Assembly (NCBI GenBank): GCA_965223905.1
Contig: CBDCXV010000010.1
Coordinates: 1,920,001-1,984,000, forward strand
Source of the DNA: Candidatus Latescibacterota bacterium
GTDB lineage: Bacteria > Latescibacterota > UBA2968 > UBA8231
Direction of reading: 5' to 3'
Length of the DNA: 64,000 nt
Shown here: positions 8,512 through 17,718 of the stretch, piece after piece
Layout of the letters: each line of letters starts with the position of its first letter
Position numbering within the stretch: the first letter of the stretch is position 1
Notes under the pieces: model-generated
Told to the model about the DNA's origin: nothing
Databases searched by the model: none
What the model saw: only the letters and a program-made list of their open reading frames with translations
Position numbers and translations under genes: made by a program

Positions 8512-10185
8512 ATGCGCGCTTTTTCTCTCTTCTACGGAGCGCTAGTGGCGAAAGCGGGCTGCGTGTCAGTGGCTCTCCTCTTGGCTTTCGCTGGCTGCGG
8601 ACCCCAGGATGAGAATCCCACGGTCGCGGAGGTCGGAGACCGGGCGATCACGGCCCAGGATGTGCAGGCTTTCATCGACAGACTGCCCGAGAACGCCGGT
8701 GGCGAAGGGGCCGGAAAGGAGCAGCTGAGAGACCATCTGCAGACCATCATCGACTTTGAGCTGATGCTGATGGAAGCCCGAAGCCAGGGCATCGAGAGGA
8801 GTTCCGCCTACCTGACCAGGATGGACCGGATCAGGAAGTCGAAGCTCGTCGGCGAGTACGAGCGAAGGTTTATCGACACAACGCTACAAGAGGGCGAAGT
8901 AGAGGAGTACATAGAGCGGGAGAACCTCGCGCGCGCCATCAAACTGGCCGACATCCTGGTGGCCGACCTCGAGACGGCTGAGCAGGCTGTGAGGGAGATC
9001 GAGTCAGGGGCGAGTTTCGCCGACGTCGCCAGGAAGCTGTCGATGAACGAGCAGACGGCTGCCCGGGGCGGGGACACGGGCCGTTTCCGGACCAGGGACC
9101 AGCTGTTTCCCTCCCTCGCCGAGGAGCTGTTCGGGCTCGAGGTGGGCTCGGTGTCAGATCCGGTGCGAATCGGGAACCGTTACGCCGTCTTCAAGATCCT
9201 CGATGACACGACGGCTCAGCTCAATCGGGGGCAGTTGACGAAGATCGCCGAAAACCTTCAGAGAGAGAAATACAGAGTCGCGAAAGCCGAGCTGGTGGCT
9301 GAACTGACCGATCAATACAGCCTCGAGCCGGTCCCGGACGGCATCGCCGCCTGCGTCGAGGCACTGCGCGCCGGCGCGGGGGACCTCGGCCACGACCCGT
9401 CCGCGATCGTCCTCTTCAGGTACGACGGCGGAGAGGTCACAGCTGCCGACCTGATCGTCGCGGCCAGAGGCCGCAAGGGCACCGTCCTGGAGTCACTCCG
9501 AGACCCTGAGCAGGTGGTCTCCTTTGCCGAGGAGAACATCATCCCGGACAAGATGATTCAGGAGGCGGCCGTGCGCCTGGGCATCGATCGGGAAGAGGCT
9601 GTGGTTCAATGGCTCGAACAGCAGGGGAAGCAGACATTGGCTGAAGCTCTCAGATCCTCCGTGTTGAGAGAGAGAGTGAATATCACCGAAGACGACCTGC
9701 GCCAGTATTACGAGGCCAATGCTGAGAGATTCCTGCACCCCGAACAAACAGAGGTACAGGAGATCCTCGTGGGAACAGAGGCAGAAGCACTACGGCTGAA
9801 AGCGATGATCGAAGACGGCGGCTCCTTTGGCGAGCTGGCGAACAAACATTCTATCCGGTCGCTGGAGGTGCGTGATGACGAGGGTCGATTCCACGTGCAC
9901 CGGCACGAATCGCCTCAGTTCGGCGGTTTCGTGGAGGCAGCGGTCGAGGCCGAAATCGGCGCGCTCACGGGACCGGTTGAGGTGCAGGAGGGCTACTCCA
10001 TCTTCAAGGTGCTCTCCAGGGAGCGCAAGCGCGAGACCTTCGACGAAGCTGAGTTCAGGGTCAAATCCCAGCTCAGACGAAAGACACACCGGGACGCGTT
10101 CAACGGGTATATGGAAGAACTGCGCAGCCGGTACGAGTCAGAGGTGGCGATTCACGAGGACAGGCTCGAGGCGGCAGACACCTGA
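8512..10185 (+). CDS. Peptidyl-prolyl cis-trans isomerase lipoprotein with two parvulin (PpiC/SurA/PrsA-like) domains
   Basis: Lipobox LLLAFAGC and two rotamase motifs (GASFADVARKLS...GGDTG; EILV...GGSFGELANKHS...GPVEVQEGYSIFKV). Confidence 0.85.
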   Translation: MRAFSLFYGALVAKAGCVSVALLLAFAGCGPQDENPTVAEVGDRAITAQDVQAFIDRLPENAGGEGAGKEQLRDHLQTIIDFELMLMEARSQGIERSSAYLTRMDRIRKSKLVGEYERRFIDTTLQEGEVEEYIERENLARAIKLADILVADLETAEQAVREIESGASFADVARKLSMNEQTAARGGDTGRFRTRDQLFPSLAEELFGLEVGSVSDPVRIGNRYAVFKILDDTTAQLNRGQLTKIAENLQREKYRVAKAELVAELTDQYSLEPVPDGIAACVEALRAGAGDLGHDPSAIVLFRYDGGEVTAADLIVAARGRKGTVLESLRDPEQVVSFAEENIIPDKMIQEAAVRLGIDREEAVVQWLEQQGKQTLAEALRSSVLRERVNITEDDLRQYYEANAERFLHPEQTEVQEILVGTEAEALRLKAMIEDGGSFGELANKHSIRSLEVRDDEGRFHVHRHESPQFGGFVEAAVEAEIGALTGPVEVQEGYSIFKVLSRERKRETFDEAEFRVKSQLRRKTHRDAFNGYMEELRSRYESEVAIHEDRLEAADT

Positions 10186-10191
10186 CCCCAT

Positions 10192-13100
10192 CTACTGTTC
10201 CGCAACGCCCAGCGCGCCGATGGTGGCGCCGTCTTTGCCGGCGCCGATGTTCGGGCTGTCAGGCTTGAGGCGGAAGTCCCAGTTCTCAGGATCGACGTAA
10301 AGCGGGTCCTTGAAGATCGTGTGTCTGTCCTTGCCGGTGGTTTCCTGCCAGGCTTTCAGGCTGTTGAAGCGCTTCCCGTTCAAGCGGATCACCGCTTTTG
10401 AGCTGGCGGTACGAAGGAACGGGTCGGCGGGAACGATTTTGTCACCGGGATCCGGGCTCCCCAGAATCGTGGCGAGGTTGTTGTAGTCGCTGTCAAAACG
10501 TCTCGAGTTCTTTCTCGCTCTGGTAGGCGACAAGGTACTGATCATTGCCGCTGAAGCAGAAGGAGTTGTTGTGGCTCACGGTGCCCTCGGCCGAGTAGAC
10601 GAATTTGACGGCCCCGTACATGTTCCTCAGAATGGTGTTGTGCGTCACGCGCGAGTGAGGGCTCTGGAGCAGGTAGATGCCCTGTTCCATTTGGAAGATC
10701 ACGTTGTGGTCCGCCGTCACTCCCGGCGAGCGGTGGGCGAAGATGCCGGAGCCGACCGGCCAGCCCATCCAGAAATCGTTCCAGATGCGGCAGCCCTCGA
10801 CGGTTACGTGGGGGGAGTCGGCGATGTACACCCCGGCCCGCTTGTACCAGCGCAACTCCAGCCCGCGAATCACCACGTACGGTGCCTTGTCAAGACGCAG
10901 ACAGGCCTCGCTCTCGCGTCGCCCGTCGAGCACGACAGTGCCCGCACGCTCCGCCTCGATGGTGATGGGGGCGTCCTCGAGCCCGCCGTGGCTGAGCGTG
11001 GTCTCGCCAGCATAGAGTCCCGGAAGCAGAACCACCCGATCGCCGGGGAGGGCCCGTTCAACAGCGAACTGAAGCGTGCGCCAGGGCGCCTCTCGCGAGC
11101 CGCGTCCGTCCTCGTCCGTGCCCTCCGGGGAGACCCAGTAGGATGCCGGCGCACCCTGCAACGTGAAGCTGGCGTCGTCGGTCACGGTGCGATTCCCCAC
11201 CTCATCCTCAAGCACGAGGCGATAGTGGTAAGTCTGGCCGGGCGTGACGCGGGGCGGAAGCAGCGCGAGGAAGTTGGTTACGCGCGGTTTCGAGCGGATT
11301 TCGACCCAGTCCCCGCCGTCGGCCGCGATCCAGGAGCGCCGCATGTTCTTGGGTTGTTCGAACACCGAACCGTAGGTGGTATCCGCTCCGAACTCCACCT
11401 TCGCCAGACAGGGGACGTCCGTCTCGAATGAGATGACCACGCCGTTGGCATTCGCGTAGAGCACAGGCCCGGCCTTGAGCCGCGGGGCACTGGTGGCCGT
11501 CCGCAGCATGAGTGAAACCGGTTCACTCCAGTTTCCGGCCGCGTCCGTCACGCTGACGCTGACCGCGGTCGGGCCTGCGGTTCGAGGGAGCTTGACGCTC
11601 TTGCGCACGCCTCCGCGTCCGCGTCCGCCACGGACACGCTGACCGCGCAGGAACGGTTCGGGCTCGCCCCCCGGAGCGTTACCGACACGCACCTTCATGC
11701 GGACCGGCCTGCTCACGGCATCTTGCGCAGTGACTTTGAGAGTGACCTCGTCAGTAGGCGAGACCCATTCGTCCAGGCGCCCTTCGGGCGGCAGCGTGCG
11801 CACCAAGTTCCTCCCGCCCCCTTGCCAGGGGTCGCCCTCAAAGTAGAGTTCGCCGGACCCGCCGACACGAGATGCGGGCGGCTCGACGGCGACCTCCACG
11901 TCGGGGGGGCGCTTGTCCTCGAACTCCGGCCCCACTATTCCAAACGCCCCGGCTGACTCGCCGTTCGGGCCCATGCGGGCGCACGGACTCCCCGGCAGCA
12001 ACCGATAGTCTCCCGCAGCCTGGTTGGCGAACAGTGGGTCGGCGACGATTGTGTGCATGCCCGTGCCGACTCTCCGCGGTTCTTCGAGACACTCGTGCAG
12101 CGCACTCGTTTCGCGACTGTCCCAGAAGCAGTTGTAGTCGACCACGTTGGTCGGGTGGAGTATTTCGGGATGCAAAATCATCCGCGAGAACCCCGTGGCG
12201 ATGTTGTAACGGAACACGGACTTCGGACCCCAGCTTCTGCAGCCGATTCCGTAGGTGATGCCGTCCAGACACGTATTGTGCTCGACAATGAACTCACTGA
12301 CCTTGCACTTCACAAAGATGCCGCTGCCAAACCCCACAACCAGATTGCGGCGCACCTCGCCGCCGGAGGCCGGATAATAGTACTGAATGCCGCAGTCGTC
12401 TTGCGGATAGGCCGGGACCATGAAGCCGTCCGGATCTTGTAGAACCGGCAGTCCTCGACCACAGTCCCCGTGCCCATCGAGTACACCCCGCCCGCACAGT
12501 CGTCGGTCCGGCAGCGGACGAAGCGCGTGCCTGTCAGTCCAATTGCGTCGCTGATCTCGCTGACCATGACCTGGAACCCGCGTACGGAGTTCGAGACAGA
12601 GCAATCTTCAGCCGCGGTGTCCGCACCGCGCAGTTCGACCCCGGCCGAATAGCGCCATGCCAAGAAATTGCGGAATTGCAGTCCGCGGACAGTCACGTTC
12701 GGACGCCAGAGTGTGATGCCGTTCTGGTTCCTACTCATCGCCATGTCGTGGGCCGACGGCGGCCGGTTGTCGGACGTGTGGAAGTACGCTTCGGTGTTCG
12801 TATGCCAGAAACTCGCGGGGAACTGCTCGACCGCGGCCAGGTCGGCGACAAGCATGTAGCGCGTGCGCGTGTCCGCCTCCCACATGTGTGTACGGCGGTG
12901 GTAGCTGAATTGACCTTCGACCTTATAGATGCCGGGCTTGCCCGGTACCGGGTCGGCTTTGGTGATCTTCCGTCCCCCGTCCAACACGACGTCCTCGAAG
13001 CTGCCGTCCGGCTTCTTTGCAGCGCGGATCAGCAGGAGGGGTCGCGCTCCGCCCAGCCGGTCGTTGTGGTTGCCGACTTGCACGTCGCCGGGGTAGATGC

Positions 13101-13296
13101 CCTCGTGAATGATGATCTCGGACGGCTCTTTCTCCGGCAGCACAAGGTCAATCGCCTTCCTGACGGTCCGCACCGGCTTCTCTGCGCTGCCGGGATTCCC
13201 GTCATCGCCGTTGACGGCAACGTGCACGGTCGCCGCCGGCAGCCTCGCGGCCAGACATACGAGCAGACCCGCTGCTATGACCCACTCGTGTCCCAT
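10192..13296 (-). pseudogene. Secreted right-handed parallel beta-helix protein (two helix regions plus an FN3-like segment), split by two frameshifts
   Basis: Three overlapping ORFs join into one protein. Two DUF1565-like starts (VAVNGDDGNPGSAEKP; WVSPEGTDEDGRGSREAPWRT) and two DPLF/Y..D(Y/F)RL.P.SP ends. Both shifts (~12431, ~10497) lie in short homopolymers, so the gene may be intact in vivo. Confidence 0.7.
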
Positions 13297-13409
13297 TGTC
13301 GTCGTCCTCCGGTCCCGTTGTCACTGTACCCGGGATTCCCCATATGGCAGCAGTCACCGCGACGGCGCGCTGAACGATGTGCACTATAGGCGCTCGGCAG
13401 ACAGTGTCA

Positions 13410-13865
13410 AGCGCCGCCTCCGCCATCTGGAATGTCACGTATCGGGCATGACGCACGACCTTCGCGCCGATCTTGATCAACTTCTCCCGGAGCGTCGTCA
13501 GCGACCAGTGACGGACATTGCCCGGCAAGGCCAATCGCCGGACGAAGTTGGCCAGATTGTACGCCAGGGCGAAGAGCTGGAGTCGCACCTCGTTGTCCCG
13601 GAAGTCGTGGCAGGACAGCCGTGTCCATTTCACCGCGTACTTGCCCTCCTTGATCCACTGCTCAGCCGTGCCTCGCTTGTTGTAGACCCGAACCACCCGG
13701 TCCACACGCCACGGTAGATTCGTGACAATGAAGCCGACGCGTGGAAAGAGTTCCCCCGCGTGCCACTCCACCTTGGCCACCATGCGGCGGGACCTCTCCC
13801 AACTCTTCGCCTGGTACATGAAGCTTGCGTAAAACACCTTGGGCTTCCTTGACGGACGACCCACC
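13410..13865 (-). mobile_element. IS1380-family transposase C-terminal fragment
   Basis: RRMVAKVEWHAGELFPRVGFIVTNL...YNKRGTAEQWIKEGK...NEVRLQLFALAYNL. Confidence 0.85.
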
Positions 13866-14445
13866 GAAAAGCTGGCTGCCCTCGTACCCCCGCCACGGCT
13901 CAACCTGATTCGGTATCACGGCCTCCTGGCGCCCAACGCGCGAGACCGTGACCGCATCGTGCCGGGCGCCGACGACGAGCCCGAGGCGACTGGCGTATCC
14001 GCCCTACCACCGTGTCCTCACCGCCTGTCCTGGTGCCAGCTGTTGGCGCGCGTGTTCTCGATCGACATCAGCGAATGCCCCGCCTGCGGCGGCCGGATGA
14101 GGATCGTCGCCGCCCTGACCGAGCCGGCCTCGATCCGGTCCTATCTCGAAGGCGTCGGCCTGCCGGCGCGGCCGCCTCCGATCGCGCCGGCACGACCCGA
14201 GCTCGATTTCGCCGCCTGAGCGGACGCGCCTGGCGTGATCCGAACGGATCGATGCGCCCGGAAGGCCCGTTTTCAGGCTGGAAACGGGCTCGCAAGCGTC
14301 CATCGACCGGCTCGCAGGCCCTGATCCACCCCCAATCCACACGCCCATCGCGACCTGCACCCATCCCGCCGCTCACCACCCCTCTCGACACGATTCCGCC
14401 GCCGACCTAGACTAATCATAATTGCGGTTATCGGTCCTATACATA
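13866..14445 (+). mobile_element. IS91-family transposase C-terminal fragment plus oriIS-type tail
   Basis: EKLAALVPPPRLNLIRYHGLLAPNA...LLARVFSID..CPACGGRMRI...RPPP, followed by a non-coding tail ending GCGGTTATCGGTCCTATACAT. Confidence 0.8.
14385..14413 (+). promoter_or_regulatory. Outward-facing promoter in IS91 tail (TCGACA-17 nt-TAGACT)
   Basis: Spacing and hexamers are conserved in related tails at 49965-49993 (+) and 56893-56921 (-). Confidence 0.5.
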
Positions 14446-14469
14446 AGCATAGCGTCAATCCGCACATCC

Positions 14470-15999
14470 ATGTCCTCACCTTCGATGGAGTCTACAAAGT
14501 CTAGGTTGTTCTTGCGCAGATTTATTACGGCCATTTGTGTGGTTAACTGCGTCTCTCTTGTATCCATTGCCGCCGAGCCGGTGGACATCGGCTCGCACCG
14601 CGAGCTATTCGTCGATGACCATTTTGTCGAGAGGATCGAGGGCGATGCGCGGCTTGAATTGCAGCGGCCGGTGCCGCGGGATGTGGCGTTGGTCGCCGAC
14701 GCGCCGTGGGAGGGAAACACCAGTATGTACTACACGCTGTTTCGTGACAAAGATGCTTTCGGCGAGGACATCTGCCGCATGTACTACCGCGGCGCGAACT
14801 ACGACCTGGAGAAGCGCACCGGGACGCACAACCAGGTGGTCTGCTACGCCGAGAGCAAGGACGCCATCCACTGGACGAAGCCGAATCTGGGGCTAGTCGA
14901 ATTCGAGGGCTCGAAAGAGAACAACATTGTGTGGGACGGCGCCGGCGCCCACTGCTTTACTCCCTTCAAGGACACCAATCCGAACTGCCCACCCGGGTCC
15001 CGCTACAAGGCACTCTCGCAGGTCCACAAGAGCGGCAGGCCCCATCATGCGGTGCAAGGCGAAATGACCGTCTTCGCCTACAAGTCGCCCGACGGCATCC
15101 GGTGGACGATCAGCGACGGCCCGCTGATCACCAAGGGGGACTTCGATTCGCAGAACCTGGCCTTCTGGGATCCGCACGCCGGACTATACCGCGAATACCA
15201 CCGCGTCCGCTTTTTTCAAGATCCAAGTGGAGAGCTTGTCTTGGGCGGCATACGCGCTCGTCCGGGATTCCGGTCCATCATGACCTCCACGTCGAGCGAC
15301 TTTTTGAATTGGGTGACCTGGACCGAGCCGGAGCTGCTGGAATTCGACGATGACATCGGCCCGGAGCACCTGTACACGAACGCGGTGATGTCGTACCCCC
15401 GTGCGCCGCAGATCCTGATCGGCTTCCCCACCCGACTGCTTCCCGAGCAGAACAACCGCGTGGAGCCGATCCTGATGACCAGCCGCGACGGACGCAGGTT
15501 CAAGCGGTGGCCCGACCCGGTGATTCCCGAGGACGCGCCGGAGGAACGGGCCGGCAACCGCAGCAACTACATGGCCTGGGGGCTGGTGCCCACCCCGGGC
15601 AACGACCGCGAGTACTCGGTTTACGCCTCCGAAAACTACCTCTCCACGGCCCCCACCCGGCTACGGCGTTTCACGTACCGCCTCGACGGATTCGTGGCGC
15701 TGCGCGGCGGCGCGGATGGCGGCCAGCTCACCACAAGGCCGCTGTTGGTGGGCGGCGGGAAGCTGGAGATCAACTATGTGACCCGGCCCGGCGGCCACGT
15801 GCGGCTGGGGATCGAGGACGCCGACGGCCAGCCGCTGGCCAACTTTTCAGCCGCAGACTGCGACCCGCTCAAGGGCGACCAGATCGCAAAGCTCGTCACC
15901 TGGAAGGGTGATGGGCAGGGTCCGTTTCCCGGAAGGCCAGTGCGGGTGCGGTTTGAGGTCAAAGACGCGGACGTGTATTCGTTTCGGTTCAAGAATTGA
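14470..15999 (+). CDS. Beta-propeller glycoside-hydrolase-like protein (GH32/43/130-like fold)
   Basis: RELFVDD...DAPWEGN...YAESKDAIHWTKPNLG...DSQNLAFWD...RRFTYRLDGFVAL, with C-terminal DVYSFRF. Start uncertain (14470 or 14485). Confidence 0.7.
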   Translation: MSSPSMESTKSRLFLRRFITAICVVNCVSLVSIAAEPVDIGSHRELFVDDHFVERIEGDARLELQRPVPRDVALVADAPWEGNTSMYYTLFRDKDAFGEDICRMYYRGANYDLEKRTGTHNQVVCYAESKDAIHWTKPNLGLVEFEGSKENNIVWDGAGAHCFTPFKDTNPNCPPGSRYKALSQVHKSGRPHHAVQGEMTVFAYKSPDGIRWTISDGPLITKGDFDSQNLAFWDPHAGLYREYHRVRFFQDPSGELVLGGIRARPGFRSIMTSTSSDFLNWVTWTEPELLEFDDDIGPEHLYTNAVMSYPRAPQILIGFPTRLLPEQNNRVEPILMTSRDGRRFKRWPDPVIPEDAPEERAGNRSNYMAWGLVPTPGNDREYSVYASENYLSTAPTRLRRFTYRLDGFVALRGGADGGQLTTRPLLVGGGKLEINYVTRPGGHVRLGIEDADGQPLANFSAADCDPLKGDQIAKLVTWKGDGQGPFPGRPVRVRFEVKDADVYSFRFKN

Positions 16000-16131
16000 G
16001 CGACGTATTACTACGCTATGCCGAAGACAGCCATTGACACGGCCTGCCGACCGCATAGAATGCACATCGAACGGCACGCCGTCTCGGTAACGGCGGCAAG
16101 ATGGGAAATCCTGGGAGAAGGGGAGAAGAGG

Positions 16132-17614
16132 ATGGCAGACGCAACTGCGGCCCGGCCTGTCGGGACACGCAAACAGCTTCTGTTTGACCGTCGCTTCGTC
16201 GAGTCGTCCGAGGGTCTGCAGTTCACGGTCAATCCCCCCCTTCAGCGTACACCCGTCAATCTGCCGTCCCTCTGCGGCCTGCACCACAGCGGCGGTTTGA
16301 CGGTACTCGACGTCGACGGACGTCTATGGCTGTACTACCTCATGACTCCGAACGAGACGCGTGAGCCTGATGTTCTAGCGCAGATGTACTGCCTGGCCTA
16401 CTCGGACGACGGCATCGACTGGGAGCTGGCGCAGGTGGACCGGTTCGAGGTGGCGGGACTGGCTCGGAACAACGTGGTCATGCCCGGCGCGGCCGGTAAC
16501 GGTGTTCCTCGACCCCCAGGAGACGTGCGGTTGCCGATTCTGGTTCGCGGGATCCCTGGGCGAGCGCACCGAGCCGCCGATCTGGGACGAGGGCCGGGGC
16601 GCGTACTTCGGCTACTTCGACAACCGCCGAGTAGTCCATGGCGCGGTCTATCTGCTCCACTCCGAGGACGGCATATCGTGGCGCCGGCTGCGAAGCGGCG
16701 TCGTGGTTCCCTTCCGCTGCGACACGCAGAACCAGGTCCTCTACGATGCCGGCGCCGGCGCCTACGTCGCATATCTGCGCGGCGCGGCGGCCGCGGGTAC
16801 GTGGGGGGCCCGGGCTGGGGGAGAAGGCGGACGGTCGCCCGCCTGACCTCGCCCGAGCTCACGCAGTTGCCGTTCGACTTCCGTGAGGACACGACGCTGC
16901 CCAGGAGCCCGGTCGGGCTTTAGGACCGGCTGCCGCCGCAGTGCGCGCCGGTGGTCAGGCGGGTGACGAGCGCGATCCGCCGGCCACGGACGTCTACACG
17001 CCCTGCGTCAAACCCGTACGTATGGGCGGACGACGCCATCTTTGCCTTCCCATCCGTGTTCCGGCAGTACGACGGGCAGGACAGCCATGGGCGGGACCAT
17101 CGAGGGCACGCCCTACGTTGGTCCTGGTCTGATAGACGAGCCGCAGCTCGGAGGGATGGTCTACATGGGAGTAGGGCTGGTCCGGCGGGGGAACTTCATC
17201 TACCAGTACTACACCGAGGATGCGCGCACCCACAATCTCCCCCGTCTCCAGCACGGCGGCGTGCGCATCTGGCAGGCCAAACAGCGTCTGGACGGTTTCG
17301 TCTCGGCGGACATCGGGCCGGCTGGCGGACATCTCGTCACGCCACCGATCGTGTTTGCAGGGAACCGTCTGCAGCTGAACATCGACTGTGGTGCGACGGG
17401 CGAAGCGTGGGTCGAACTCCAGGATGAAACCGGCAAGCCGTTAGCCGGGTAGACCTTCGAGGACGCCGTTTCGCTGGACCGGAACGGTGTCGCGCAGGAG
17501 GTCTGGTGGCGGCCCGGCCCGGACGTCGGCTCGCTGAGGGGCCGGCCTGTCAGGTTGCGCGTCACGATGCGTTCGTTGAAGCTCTACGCCTTCCAGTTCG
17601 TGGAGGCCGGCTGA
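16132..17614 (+). pseudogene. Degenerate beta-propeller hydrolase-like gene of the same family
   Basis: KQLLFDRRF...AYSDDGIDW...DTQNQVLYD...RLDGFVS...KLYAFQF spread over several frames, with an in-frame TAG at ~17450. Confidence 0.7.
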
Positions 17615-17718
17615 AGGGGGCGCGCCGAGCGGCGATTCTTGAAAAGGCACCGCGGTCCGGTTGGCCGGTCGCTCATATGGCAGATTCCCGACGCACCGTC
17701 CGAAAGGAGATAGCTCAC

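Noticed and set aside
12420-12445. Programmed frameshift in the beta-helix gene
   Set aside because: No slippery heptamer; a single missing G explains it (error or mutation).
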